A DNA stretch of 64,000 nucleotides from Squalus acanthias (GCA_030390025.1 CM059432.1:100814001-100878000); one strand, 5' to 3'. Positions 25,518-38,793 are shown, counted from the first letter of the stretch. The notes: generated from the letters alone by a model not told the origin. A program made the numbers and translations.

Positions 25518-27303
25518 GGCCGCTGGGTGGGCGTGTGTGCTGTGAGGAGGATGCAGAGAAACTCCAGTATGATTTAGACAGGTTGGGTGATTGGGCAGAT
25601 GCATGGCAGATGCAGTATAATGTGGATAAATAAGAAGTTATCCACTTTGGTGGAAAAAACAGGAAGACAGATTATTATCTGAACGGCAATAGATTGGGAA
25701 AAGGGGAAGTGCAACGAGACCTGGGTGTCCTTGTGCACCAGTCGCTGAAGGTAAGCATGCAGGTGCAGCAGGCGGTTAAGAAGGCAAATGGTATGTTGGC
25801 CTTCATAGCGAGAGGATTCGAGTACAGGAGCAAGGATGTCTTGCTGCAGTTGTACAGGGCCTTGGTGAGACCACACCTTGAGTATTGTGTGCAGTTTTGG
25901 TCGCCTTATCTGAGGAAGGATGTTCTTGCCATGGAGGGAGTGCAGCGAAGATTCACCAGACTGTTCCCTGGGATGGCAGGAATGACATATGAAGAGAAAT
26001 TGGGTCGATTAGGCTTATATTCGCTAGAGTTTAGAAGAATGAGAGGGGATCTCATTGAAACTTATAAAATTCTAACAGGACTAGACAGACTAGATGCAGG
26101 AAGGATGTTCCCGATGGCGGGGGATCCAGAACCAGGGGTCACAGTCGAAGGATAAGGGGTAAGCCATTTAGGACTGAGATGAGGAGGAATTTCTTCACCC
26201 AGAGAGTGGTGAACCTGTGGAATTCTCTACCACAGAAGGCAGTTGAGGCCAATTCATTAAATATATTCAAGAAGGAGTTAGATATATTTCTTCAGGCTAA
26301 AGGGATCAAGGGATATGGGGAGAAAGCAGGGACAGGGCACTGAATTTGGATGATCAGCCATGATCTCATTAAATGGTGGAACAGGCTCGAGGGGCCGAAT
26401 GGCCTACTCCTGCTCCTATCTTCTATGTTTCTATGATTTTATCAATGGAGGCGGGTTGGGTGCGGGTCAGGTGGTTTCCGGCTTCCAGTCCCGCCCCCAG
26501 CTGCATCCGGCCCACAGACGTGATTTTATGCTGATTCACCTTGTTAAGCCTGCCCTGCGGGCTTGCCGGCCAATTAAGAGGAAGCCGGTCAGATGACGTC
26601 ATTTGATGACGCATCATCTGCCGGTTTTCTTAAAGGGACCACACATAATTTTTTTTGACAGTTGATTTCTCAGTGTTTGACAGCATTGAGGTGTTGCAAA
26701 CACTGACAATCACTGCACAAAGGTGACCTCTTGCACCCAGACTCTCCAATGACTCCCTCCATAGGTTGGAATAGATGGCAGCTGCAGGTGAGGTAACAGA
26801 AGTGATCTGTCACTGGTGAGAGAGGTTCTCCCAATGAGGTGGCACTGGACATGGATTTCAAAACTTGTAACCGAAAGAAATGTATAAATGTATTAAAAAT
26901 GCATTTTCGAACATTTTCTTACCTCTGAGACTCACCAGTGCAACATTGTATCCTTCACACCACTTCTGCAGCTGTCATCAATCCAGAAACATTACAGCAG
27001 ACTCACAACATGCCACACTTACCTGGCATGGTGTCCGGACATCAGAAAACCTGAGGCAGAAGCAGCAAAATTCAAAAATAGCCTGTCAACTACTAGCAAC
27101 TACCTGCTAATAGGCAGGTAATTGCCTTTAATCCTTTTCCCGCCGCAAGGTGTCGGGTCCATGCGCAAATCGGGGACCCGACACGTGGGAAAATTGTTTG
27201 GAGGCGGGTTGACGGCGGGATCGCAACCCGCCGCCAATCAAAACAATTTTACCCTTTGACCCGCCTCCAAACCCACCCTCTGAGTGCCGGCAAAATCGCG
27301 GCA
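25518..27303 (+). mobile_element. Harbinger deletion derivative (family of 8957), with its left TIR split by a CR1
   Basis: ttt|ggccgc [CR1] gatttt ... aaaatcgcggca|ttt; internal sequence matches about 9050-9295 joined to about 10218 onward. Confidence 0.8.
25522..26434 (+). mobile_element. Young 5'-truncated CR1
   Basis: ORF 25694-26155; nearly identical by eye to about 59298-60200; tail ttctatgtttctatg. Confidence 0.95.
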
Positions 27304-27723
27304 TTTGTTTTCTCCTCATAGCTTACTGACCCACCTAGCTTTGTAACATCAGCAAACTTGGATACATTACACTCGGTCCCTTCATCTAGGTCATTAATAT
27401 AGATTGTAAATAGTTGAGGCCCCAACACTGATCATTGCGGCATGCCACTAGTTACAGCCTGCCAACCTGAAAAAGATCCGTTTATCCCTACTCTGTTTTC
27501 TGCCCGTTAACCAATCCTCTATTCAAGATAAAATAATTATCTTTTGCAAGGTGAAATAGTATTATTCCACTATATGAGATGCTTGCTGATATATACTGTG
27601 AAACATTGCTATACAATAATAAGATGCACCTTTTAGAAAAATAGAACAGTCAACTTGACATGAGCTACAATTTGTATAAACAATAGCTCATTTGCAAAAG
27701 AAAGGCTGTATTTGTAATTAGAG

Positions 27724-28176
27724 AGGTCGCACAACACCAGGTTATAGTCCAACAGTTTTATTTGAAATCACAAGCTTTCGGAGCTATCGATTTGCTCCTT
27801 CCTCAGGTGAAGTAAATTAGATACAGAATCTCCAAAGCATATATAGATGGAAAACAAAGAATGTGTACTTTACAATTGCAGACCAATAAATTAAATCATC
27901 CTGACTATCTGCCGAGGTGTGATAAAGTTAATTAAGTCAGCCAGGAAGGTACCACATCAAAGACATAGCAAGATACAACTGAGACAATGAGGTGTAGTCG
28001 CAGGGGTTCTAACGTGTCAAAAGCTGCCGTCTGTATGTAAAACGAAAAGCTTTAACATTTTTTTACTTTTTTACTGGGAAATTTTTTTTACTTTTTTTAC
28101 TGGGAATCACATCTGTGAACAAGCTAACGACGACTCGAGTCCGGATCACGTCATGTATCGTGATTTGTAATTAGAT
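27724..28176 (-). mobile_element. Penelope-like insertion
   Basis: Flanked by the 17-bp direct repeat tgtatttgtaattagag (27707-27723 and 28177-28193); carries a pLTR-type end with a hammerhead motif. Confidence 0.6.
27768..27810 (-). ncRNA. Minimal type I hammerhead ribozyme motif
   Basis: Minus strand reads TCAC CTGAGGA A GGAGC AAATCGATA GCTCC GAAA GCTT GTGA: stem I, CUGANGA, stem II, GAAA and palindromic stem III. Confidence 0.75.
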
Positions 28177-31161
28177 TGTATTTGTAATTAGAGCCATAGA
28201 GTCATAACGGCACAGAAGGACGCCATTCGGCCCATCGAGTCCGTGCCGGCTCTCTGTAGAGCAATCCAGTCAGACCAATTCCACCGCTCTATCCCCGTAG
28301 CCCTACAAGTTTATTTCCCTCAAGTGCCTATCCAGTCTCCCCTTGAAAACATTGAGAGTCTCCGCTTCCACCACTTCCGTCAGCAGCGAATTCCAGGTCC
28401 TCACCACTCGCTGTGTAAAAAAGTTTTTCCTCACATCCCCCCTGTATCTCTTGCCCAAAACGTTAAATCTGTGTCCCCTAGTCCTTGTACCATCAACTAG
28501 TGGGAACAGCCTTTCCCCGTCTAGCCTATCCAAACCCGTCATAATCTTGTACACCTCTATCAAATCACCCCTCAACCTCCTTTGTTCCAATGAAAACAAA
28601 TCCAGCTTCTCCAACCTGTCCTTGTAGCTAAGGTCCCCCATCCCCGGAACCATTCTGGTAAATCTCCTCTGCAGCCTCTCAAGGGCCTTCACATCCTTCC
28701 TAAAGTGTGGTGACCAGAACTGGACGCAATACTCCAGTTGTGGCCTAACCAGCGCTTTATAAAGGTTCAGCATAACTTTCTACTTTTGTACTCAATACCT
28801 CTATTTATGAAGCCCAAAATCCCATGTGCTTTGTTAACCACTCTCTCAATATGTCCTGCCACCTTCAGGGACCTATGCACATTAACTCCCAGGTCCCTCT
28901 GTCCCTGCACACTCTTTAAAACTGTGCCATTAAGAGTATATTGCCTCACCCTATTCCTTCTGCCAAAATGCATCACCTTACACTTCTCTGTATTAAATTC
29001 CATCTGCCACTTGTCTGCCATTCTGTTCACCTTTCAGAGTTCTGTTGCAGTCAATTGATATCATCCTCACTGTTTGCCACACCCCCAAGTTTGGTGTCAT
29101 CGGCAAATTTAGAAATTCTACTCTGTATTCCAATATCCAGGTCATTTATATATATCAAAAAAAGCAGTGGCCCCAGCACTGACCCTTGGGGAACACCACT
29201 GTCTACCATCCTCCAGTCTCAAAAACAGCCATTTACCACAACTGTTTTCTGTCCTTAAGCCAATTCCTTATCCAAGCTGCACTGACCCACCAATTCCACG
29301 AGCCTCAATTTTGTTAACCAGCCTTCTATGTAGTAATTTGTCAAACGCTTTCCGAAAATCCATGTCGACAACATCCACAGCATTCCCTTCATCGATCCTC
29401 TCTGTTACTTCATCAAAAAATTCAATTAGATTAGTCAAACACAATCTGCCTTTTACAAACCTGTGTTGGCTCTCCTTAATTAGCTTAAACCTCTCCAAAA
29501 GCCTGTTAATTTTCCCCTGGATTATTGTTTCTAAAACTTTACCGACCACTGATGTTAAACTGACTGGCCTGTAATTACTCGGATTGTCCTTACATCCTTT
29601 CTTGAACAATGGTGTCACATTTGCCACTTTCCAATCCTCAGGCACCTCCCCCGGATCTAGGGAAGATTGGAAAATTATGGCAAACCCTTCTGCTATCTCC
29701 TCCCCCAATTCCCTTAGTAACCTGGGATGCAAGCCATCTGGACCAGGCGACTTGTCCACTCTAAGCATACCCAGCTTTTCTAGTACATCCTGTCTATCAA
29801 TTTTCACCCCTTCCATTGCTTCTACCTTTTCCACTTCTACCGATATTTTGTCAGCATCCACCTCCTTAGTAAATACCGATACAAAGTACCCATTGAGTAT
29901 TCTAGCCTTGCCCTGCACCTCTATGCATATATCACCTTCTTTGTCTCTAATCGGCCCCACCCCGTCTCTTACTACCCGCTTACTGTTTGTTAACCACCAT
30001 TCTACTCTCATATTCTTTCTTTGCCAATCTTATTTTCATCTTCACATCCCTTCTCAACTTATTGTATTTGGTCTGGGTCTCCCTTGAAGAATTCACCTGA
30101 CATGCATCATACACCCTCTTTTTTTGTTTCATCATCTTCTCTATCTCCGTCGTCATCCAAGGAGCCCTTGCTTTGGTTCCCTTACCCTTCCCCCTTGTTG
30201 GAATGTACCTAGCCTGTACTTGGAACATCTCCTCCTTAAAGATCACCCATTGTTCCGTTACAGTTTTTCCTGTCAGTCTTTGGTTCCATTTTACCCTGGC
30301 TAGATCCTTTCGCATCCCATTGAAGTTAGTCCTATTCCAGTTTAGAAGTTCCACTCCAGATTGTTACTTGCTCCTCTCCATTGCTAATCTAAATCTTATG
30401 ATACGATGATCACTCGTACCCAAGTGTTCTCCCACAGACACTTGGTCGACCTGGCCCACCTCATTCCCCAGCACCAGATCCAGCAATGCCTCCTTCCTAG
30501 TTGGGCCAAGAACATATTGGTCAAGGAAATTCTCCTGAACACATTTCAGAAATTCCTCCCCCTCCTTTTCCTTTATCCGAGCATTATCCCACTCGATATT
30601 TGGGTAACTGAAGTCCCCCAATATCACCACGCTATAGCTCTTGTATATCTCTGCGATTTCCCTGCAGATTTGCTCCTCTACCTCACGCTCACTATTTGGA
30701 GGCCTATAGAATACCCCCACTAGCATGATCATACCCTTTTTGCTCCTCAACTCTAACCAAATGGATTCTGTCCTTGTCTCCTCAAGAACATTCTCCCTTC
30801 CTTAATCAGCACTGCCACTCCACCTCCCTTTTTTCCTTCCCTATCTTTTCTGAACACCTTGTACCCTTGAATATTAAGTGCCCAGTCCTCACCATTTTTA
30901 AGCCACGTTTCCGTTATTGCCACAACGCTAATTGTGTTTGTAGCTCACCAACCTTATTCATCACACTTTGTGTGTTTACGTACATGCATTCGAAGCCCTT
31001 TTTTTAATTTTTCGTAGTCTTTCTTAGTCTGCTCCTATCTAATATGGTACTACTACCGCCTCTAGTACTATCTTCTCTAGTACTATCCAACACACTCACT
31101 CTTTTATGCACCTTATTCCTCTTTTTTACTCCTATATGCTAGTGCCCATCCCCCTGCCAAG

Positions 31162-32110
31162 TTAGTTTAAACCCTCCCCAACAGCACTAACAAACCTCCC
31201 CGCGAGAATATTGGTCCCAACTCTGTTGAGGTGTAACCCGTCCGGCTTGTACAGGTCCCACCTTCCCCAGAAACGGTCCCAATGCCTCAGGAATCTAAAG
31301 CCCTCCCCCCTGCACCATCTCTCCAGCCATGCATTCATCTGTTCTATCCTCCTATTCCTGTACTCACTAGCACGTGGCACCGGGAGTAATCCGGAGATTA
31401 CTACCTTTGAGGTCCTGCTTTTTAATCTCTCTCCTAGCTCCCTAAACTCTGCCTGCAGGACCTCATCCCTCTTTCTGCCTATGTCGTTGGTACCGATATG
31501 GACAATGACCTCTGGCTGTTCACCCTCCCCCCTCAGTGTCCTGCAGCCGCTCAGTGACATCCTTGACCCTGGCACCAGGGAGGCAACATACCATCCTAGA
31601 GTCACGTCTACGGCCGCAGAAATGCCTGTCTACTCCCCTAACTATCGAATCCCCTACCACTATTGCTCTTCCACTCTTTTTCCTCCTCCCCTGTGCAGCT
31701 GAGCCACCCGTGGTGCCATGGACTTGACTCTGGCTGCACTCCCCAGAGGAACCATCGCCGGCACCAGTACTCAGAACAGAATACTGGTTGGAGAGCGCGA
31801 TGCACTCCAGGGACTCCTGCACTACCTGCCTGGTCCTCCTCTTCTGTCTGGCAGTCACCCATTCCCTCTCTGCCTACACACTCTTAAGCTGCGGGGTGAC
31901 CACCTCTAGAAATGTGCTATCCACGTAACTCTCAGCCTCGCGGATGCACCGCAGGGACTCCAGCCGCTGCTCAAGCTCCGAAACCCGGAGCTCGAGTTGC
32001 TGTAGCTGGCGTCACTCCCCGCACATGTGGTTATCAAGGCTACACGAAGCGTCCAGGACTTCCCACATGGCACAGGATCTGCACTCCACGGGACTGAGCT
32101 GCCCTGCCAT
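31162..32110 (-). pseudogene. CR1 ORF1: zinc finger / coiled coil plus SGNH (GDSL) esterase domain
   Basis: MAGQLSPVECRSCAMW...HMCGE*RQLQQLELRVSELEQRL, then IVVGDSIVRG, HIGTND and DGLHL blocks; stops and a frameshift near 31535. Confidence 0.9.
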
Positions 32111-32196
32111 GCCTCTATTTAATAGACGAAGAACTAACCCAGCAGAAATAAACTTAAAACTTAACAAAAAACAGCTCTTTCCCTCTATTTAATAGT

Positions 32197-32425
32197 TGAC
32201 GTAAGAAAACTACTAGGCACTTGGTCTAAGCGTTAAACAAAGCTTTAATCAACTGTTTTTCAACATGGAGGTCTAGTTGTGTCCTTCACTAGTTCCTGTT
32301 AAAGAATGTCCTGAGCAAGCTGGGCCCATGCCAGAGTATTTATACTCTCCCTGGACAGCGCCACCAGCAGGCCGCCCAGTATTATTTCATAAGTCATTTC
32401 CACATGAATGACAAGATTCATGTCA
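32197..32425 (-). mobile_element. 229-bp solo LTR inside the CR1 5' UTR
   Basis: TGACGT...ATGTCA ends; 5-bp TSD ATAGT (32192-32196 and 32426-32430); TATAAATA then ATTAAA on the minus strand. Confidence 0.75.
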
Positions 32426-32569
32426 ATAGTTATTAACTAACGTAGCAGAAATAAACTAATGAACTTAAAAAAAATACACTCACCAGCTGCTCACCAATCA
32501 GCTTCTTCCCTTGTGCCGATGATACTTTTTTTACACTGACGTCACTTTTTCAAAAACTGCCTCTGTTGA

Positions 32570-32947
32570 GTTGCTGCCGCTTCTTTTAATTGCTCCGCTC
32601 TCGCTGTGCACCCTCCAGGTCTGCTCCTTCCGGACTCAGGCTCCTACCGCTCGGGACTGTTTCTTTTAACTGCTCCGCTCTCGCTGTGCTCCCTCCAGGT
32701 CCGCTCCTTCCGGACTCAGGCTCCTGCCGCTCGGGACTGCTCCTTTTAACTGCTCTACTCCTGCTGTACTCCCTCCAGGTCCGCTCCTCTCGGTCTTCAG
32801 GCTCCTGCTGCTTGGGACTGCTCCTTTTAACTGCTCCGCTCTCGCTGTGCTCCCACCAGGTCCGCTCCTTCCGGTCTCAGGCTCCTTCCACTCGGGACTG
32901 CTTCGCTCTCGCTGTGCTCCCTCCGGGTCCACTCTTTCCGGTCTCAA
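32570..32947. repeat. About 4.5 tandem copies of an 80-bp unit
   Basis: ttttaa anchors at 32584, 32664, 32744 and 32825. Confidence 0.92.
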
Positions 32948-33513
32948 GAGGGTCTCAAGGTTGCTATCTTCTATTTAATGAGGTTTTTTCATATGGCATT
33001 ATTGTAAAGTTAAAAGGATTACATATTTCTGTCATATTCGTATCAAGAAAGTAAAGCATGGAGCAGTTAGCAGGATTTTATCACTTGCAGGGCTCCAGAC
33101 TTTAATACTGTTTTTACAAAGTACCATTTGGTGCAATACCAATAGGACTTTTAGGAAAATGTGAGCGGGTTGCTGCAGCAATACTGTCTGTTGACATTCC
33201 TATGGGCTGAGGCTGAACAAACCTCTGCGTATGCAAGCTCAAATACATGAATGAAAATACTAGTGAGATGTTTCATAACTGAGAGCAGCTGTCGGAACAG
33301 TTCCTTATCAATTGAATGATGATATAGTCAGTCTCCATAGGCTTTTTTTTTTAATGCTATTATGCATACTGTGCTGAGTTGGCTGATTTTCGTGCACTGG
33401 CAGTGAAGGAATAAAGAACAGCCAAAATTCCATTCCTCATTGTAAACCAGTGTAGGTGTAGATGTCACATGAAGACAAAACTGGGCTGGTCTGTGCAGCT
33501 CACATCCATTTTA

Positions 33514-33910
33514 GGGTATGGTAATGCGGTGTTTATGATACTGGATCAGCAATCCAGAGGCCATAATTTCAAATTTTATCATGGCAAATTAAGAAATTGA
33601 ATTCAATTAATCTGGTAATTTGTAGGCTGGCACCAAATAAATGACCATGAAAGCTGCCAGAATGTCATTAAACCCAACTGGTTCACTTATGTTCTTCAGG
33701 GAAGGAAACCAGCTGCCCCTACCTGGTCTGACCTACATGTGATTCTAGTTCCACACTTTGTGTTTGGCTCTTAATGCCTTCTAAAGTAGCCGAGCAAGCC
33801 TCTCAGTGGTTCAGGCAGGTAGCCCTCCACTACTGTCTCAGGCAACTAGGAATGGGCAATAAATACAGCCTTGCCATCGTCACACACATCCGGAGAGCAA
33901 ATTTTAAAAG
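33514..33910 (+). mobile_element. SINE family A copy
   Basis: Collinear with 5943-6332. Confidence 0.85.
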
Positions 33911-33984
33911 ATTATCCAAGGTACACATGTAAATGACTACTTGAACGCAGGACCAGCTGGTATTCAAGCAACTATTTAAAAAAA

Positions 33985-34110
33985 TTAATTCTTGGGATGT
34001 GGGCATGGCAAAGGCCAGCATTTATTGCTTATCCCTAGTTGTCCTTGAGAAGGTAGTGGTGGACCTTCTCCTAGAACCACTGCAGACCATGTGGTGAAAA
34101 TGCTTCCACC
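33985..34110 (-). mobile_element. 3' tail of the 56477-type LINE
   Basis: gggatgtgggc...ggccagcatttattg...cttgagaagg. Confidence 0.75.
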
Positions 34111-35947
34111 AACTGATACAACTGAGTAGCTTGCTAGGGCACTTCACTTCTGTACGCACTAGGAGCCACTGCCTTGTGGAGTGAGTAAGAGGAAAATTGA
34201 GGAGGATTTTTTTTTAGAAAACGTCTTTTTAGCACAGGTGTGCTAGAACTCACAATGTGGCACTCACACTAAACACGCAGTATAACAGCAGCATTGTGCA
34301 CTGTTTTCTCTCACCTATTTTTCTGCTTATAAACAGTCATTGGCTGCAATTTTGAATATAACCAGCTAATGAACACAGCTATTTGTTGACTTCCAATTGT
34401 TCAAGAATTGTTTTTCTGAGCAAGCAACAAGTCCACCATGTAACATGGTGCTGGTCTGGACTCTTGGTTCACTTGGCCCTGGAGATTCTGGATGTGGACA
34501 CAATAGGGGCAGTGGCAGAGCGCGAGGTCTGATGCCTGCACCAAACTCATGGCTAGCATCATCTTTTGCTTTTCATTCTTTCGTTATTCAACCATTCAGT
34601 CCACCACACACAGACATACCATACAGGTAACTCAATGTCTTCACGTATAAAGGCCTATTTCAAGGGGTGACTTATAGCTAGGATTCTAAAATAAATTCTT
34701 CATCTGTTCCTCCTGGTGCCCAAGGGTGGTGTCGCATCGTAATGCCCACCCTCAACCAAGCACCCTCCAAAACCCTGCATCACACACTCCTACAAATGCC
34801 CCAACACAGATACATGCACTCTGGGGAGGGGGGCAGGTTTAGTTGACAGCTCAGCATCAGTATTTTCATGCATTCATCTGAGAGTGTACCAAGTTTCCTG
34901 TGCAGTTTGGGTGTGTCTGTAGAGGAGCTCATACCTGTAGCAGTGCAGTGCTGCAAGAGTGCCCCACTGAGTTGCTGATCAACATGGAGAGTATGGCCAT
35001 TCCAGGGTCCTCTGCAGTGGAACCCCTTCCGCCACCCCCCCGCCCCCACCACCCCTCCACCTCTTAGCCAAAGCTCATGTGACTGAAAGGAAACATCTTT
35101 GGTTATGATGTTTCATGGTCTTAGCTTCTTTTTGCCATGGTGCAGAGGGTGAAAAACCATGTTCACTCACAGAATGTAATGCAGTTTGTTTTGATGCATA
35201 ATAGCCCCAGAATTTTATGTTTACGAGGGAAGAGGTCAAGTCATTCAATTAAATACAACCATCTTGTGGGGTTTATTTGTGTATGTGATTGATTGGCAGC
35301 TTTTTTTGAGTTCAAGATACTGTACTTATATTTAAATTTCTTTTGTCCCAGTCAAATTTTGAAATGTAATTTTCAGTCTGCCTTTTACCAATTCAGTAGT
35401 TCATTTGAAGAAACCAGAGAGAGACAGGACAGAGAATATCTGTGGATGGATGGCTGGCAACCAAAGGAGCTTAATATACAAGGATTTAGTCACATTACAC
35501 TTCAGCTCAGGCAGTGTGTCAGTTTGATACCTCAACTCCACTTACCTGCCTTTGTTACATATCCCTTGATAACCTTACCTAACAAAAATCTATCGATCTC
35601 AGTCTTGGTTACTTAGATAGTGGGCAAATAAAGGCACATTTCAGGTCATTGGGAGAGAGGGTTATCCTACAATAATAGACTGAAATGCTGAACTCAGGCC
35701 TAGCTTCCATCATAAATGCTTTGATTGGAGTTGTCAAGGCTTTGCATCCCAACCCACAGCACTCAGACTTGGCTGGATTCATCAATCAGATTGAGACAGC
35801 CACTAATGCATGTCTGCCTAGTGACCTGTTTCAGTGCAAATCTCTGAACCTGCTGACTATGGAAATGTCAACTGTGGAAGGTGAGTGGTCAGGGTTTGCT
35901 ACTGTAATTTGTAATGTTGGATTGATATGCCAGAGTTTTACTTCATT

Positions 35948-36063
35948 GGGGGTTAATTTCTGCAGGGGTTCACCCACTGGTTCGCTGTTTCTCCGGGATC
36001 TCCGCGGCTCTTTCGTTGAAGTTACAGTGCCGAGCATGAGATCTCCTGTGGAAGTTTATCCCC
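35948..36063. mobile_element. 116-bp miniature Harbinger-type MITE
   Basis: TIRs gggggttaatttc / gaagtttatcccc; flanks att / gtt. Confidence 0.6.
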
Positions 36064-36914
36064 GTTATCTTTATGTGTCAGAGAGAATCTTCACTGAGTT
36101 TTACTGATGGTTATTCCCCTCCGGCAGGACAATGAAAAGTAGGGTAGAGCCTGGGTCAGCTTGTGTTCTGCTACACCCTTTGGAAGAGCAGCCTTGATGG
36201 GGCAAATTAGCTCTTTTAATTCCTTACTTTTTCAGGTTCTTACGTTAAATCCTAAGAAGTTCAATTTAAAGTTAAGGTTATCTTGTAATCTAAAGAACAC
36301 TAAATGGCAAGAGAGGAAATTGAACAGCTTTTTAAAGGAAAAACTGGGGAATGGCTGTTTTTCTTTGCAATGATCTACCCTGATAACAGAATCATATGCT
36401 TAGAAATTGTATGTTTCAAAGCGTTCAATCCCACACTTACATCAGTGGGCCACTGGAAGAAATCAGACAGTTTTGATTGAAAGAGAAGCATCACTCCCAT
36501 TGAGAATACTGAAGATCCCAATACTCCAACTATAAGATAATTTGAAATTGAATTTTTCTTTTTCCACCCATCTTCCAATCTTCTCCCTTTTTCTCCTGAA
36601 GGAGTGGTCTCCTTGCTGAAATTGGTTCATTCAGTATCTCAATCAAATGACAATTATTCCTGCATAAGCCTAGATAGATAAGCGGTAATTTTACAATTTT
36701 TGCACTTCCAAGGCTGCTCTGCTGTGAACACATATTGGGAATGTACAGGTCAGTGGGCCCTGCAGGATTTTTAGTCTATAATGGTAACATATGTGATGCC
36801 AGTAGGCGAGGCTTCAACCGGCAGCACAGACTCAGAAGTTTACCCACCAACATCTCCACATGCACTCTTTCCAGCAGTCAGAATTATGGCAAATCTTGGC
36901 AAATTCCTGTTGCT

Positions 36915-37250
36915 TAGAAATTACAATGTGGAAACAAGCCATTTGGGCCAACTAGTCCATGTTGGTGTTTATGTTCCACATGAATAGTAGGCTCAAGCCC
37001 ATGTGCCTGTTCTGTTCCCATGTCCCTTTCTTCCCCTTCCCTTCAACCACCTATCGAATTAACTCTTAAATATTGACTTAGTCTCAGACTTCAATCAACA
37101 ATTCCAGTAGTGCATTCCACAACTTCACAACTCTTTAGTGTAGAAACATTTCTCCTGTTGTCTGCCCTGAATGTTTTACTTCTTCGTCCTCCCACAGACC
37201 CCTCAACCACTGGAAACAGTCTGTTTCTATCTAGCCTGTCCCATTCCTCT
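36915..37250 (-). mobile_element. Degenerate CR1 3' fragment
   Basis: DRLDRNRLFPVVEGS remnant plus tail. Confidence 0.75.
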
Positions 37251-38793
37251 TTAGCCCATGGGTGGTGACACCAGTTGTAACCACCCAACAGAATTGGATT
37301 TTTATAACAATTAATTACGATTTGATGCAAATGTTACTTACGGTTGTCAATGTAGAAGAACTTGTCCCTCAACAAAGACCAGAAGAGTGTTATTTTACTG
37401 CCTGAATAATTTACAATGCAGCACATTTATTTGTGTGCTCTGACACCTAAGTTATTCTAGTTGGCAGTAACGTCAAAGTCTATAGCAGTAATTATAAGAC
37501 TTAATTTCATAAATATTCACCTGGCCAATCTAAGAATGAGATATTCAGCTGAGGCTGCTGTTAATCTGACACTTAGCAGGATATCCAGATAATATGAGTG
37601 AGCCTTTACTGTTTGTGATGAGTCAACAATTCCCTTGAAGAACTGATATGTGAAGCCAATGAATCAAATGCAAATTTGGTACCCCATGAAGTTCACAAAA
37701 GGGTCAGGTAACCTTAGGTCGCATAGAGATTTCTTTAAGTATTTTAGCTGATCCTGAGTTGTCAACTCTCCACTATTGGAAAACGAATACAAGTTTAAGG
37801 GATTATGGAGGTCACATCATTAATTCTAGAGATCAAATTAATTTTAAAGATAGCTACACTCCTCCGCATGTGGCAGTGAAAGCTGCTACCACAACAATAT
37901 ATTTTAATAAAATATATATGAAGGTTGGCACAAAAATTCCTTTCAGTTAGTAAAGATAATTACATTCACATATGACAAGCTTTTAGGAGAATCAATTAAA
38001 AGGAAGGTAAGACATCACAAATGAAACAGGTAATGTTTCTGACCTTCAAGTTAATTTTAAATCCATATAACTTGAATAACAAAATACAAGTAGGTTACTG
38101 TTGAAAAAGAAAAACAGTCTGTCTAACGCTGGAGTGTTTGTGTCTTCTAATTGCTGGTAGCTCAAGAGCAAACAATCTGAATTAGGCCAACAGAAGGCAC
38201 CCCTGCTTCATGCCTCTTTTTAAATTGAACAAAGAAGAAATCACATGCTGTGCATGAATAGATGCTCGTAGGGTAGATTGGAAACTTTGCAGTCATGATA
38301 GGAACTTGAAAAACCAAACATATAAAACAAGTATTTCAAGACAACGTCAACAAAAGCCATTTTTAGTTTAAGGGGAACAGGATTCAAGTCCTTCGATCAG
38401 GCCAAGTGATTAAAAACAAACGCTATGAAGACCCTACATTGCAATTTTCGGCCCAATAAGCCCCACCATCGCAACCTAATAAACGGTACCAGTGCAGATG
38501 GATGAGATCCAGTCAGATTTCACCCAGCCAGCCAAGTTAGAAGGATTTTCACTATGAGTTTAATATCCATGCTAATGAGAAGAAAGGACCTGCAGTTCCT
38601 GCATTTAAGATTTATTTTTCAGACATAAGAGTCTTGAGACTCAATCACAATGTATCTTGGATCTGTACTCTGATTTAGACTTTATTAAACAGAAGGAACA
38701 TTAACACAAGCTGAATACTAATTTTCCCAGAAACTGCTCACTCCCCAGAAATTTCTGACTTTCTTTTTTGTGCGCGAATTGTAGATACATTAT

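Larger units (their letters stand above)
24961..27525 (-). mobile_element. Older CR1 copy broken into three pieces (24961-25137, 25484-25517, 27304-27525)
   Basis: taagaacataag tail; tctatctatatctgtttgcagaatcttt joins seamlessly to gttttctcctcatagcttac as in other CR1 copies. Confidence 0.75.
28190..32947 (-). mobile_element. Near full-length, disrupted CR1 LINE (5' repeats, ORF1, ORF2 EN+RT, 3' tail)
   Basis: EN motifs GVFYRPPN, ILGDFSYP and LGTSDH; RT motifs NYRPVSLTS and DFRKAFD; C-terminus and tail present; several frameshifts. Confidence 0.95.

Noticed and set aside
32570..32947. Regularly spaced repeats resembling a CRISPR array
   Set aside because: Whole 80-bp units repeat with no unique spacers, there are no cas genes, and the context is eukaryotic.
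32590..33054. 154-aa and 93-aa ORFs
   Set aside because: By-products of the GC-rich tandem array.
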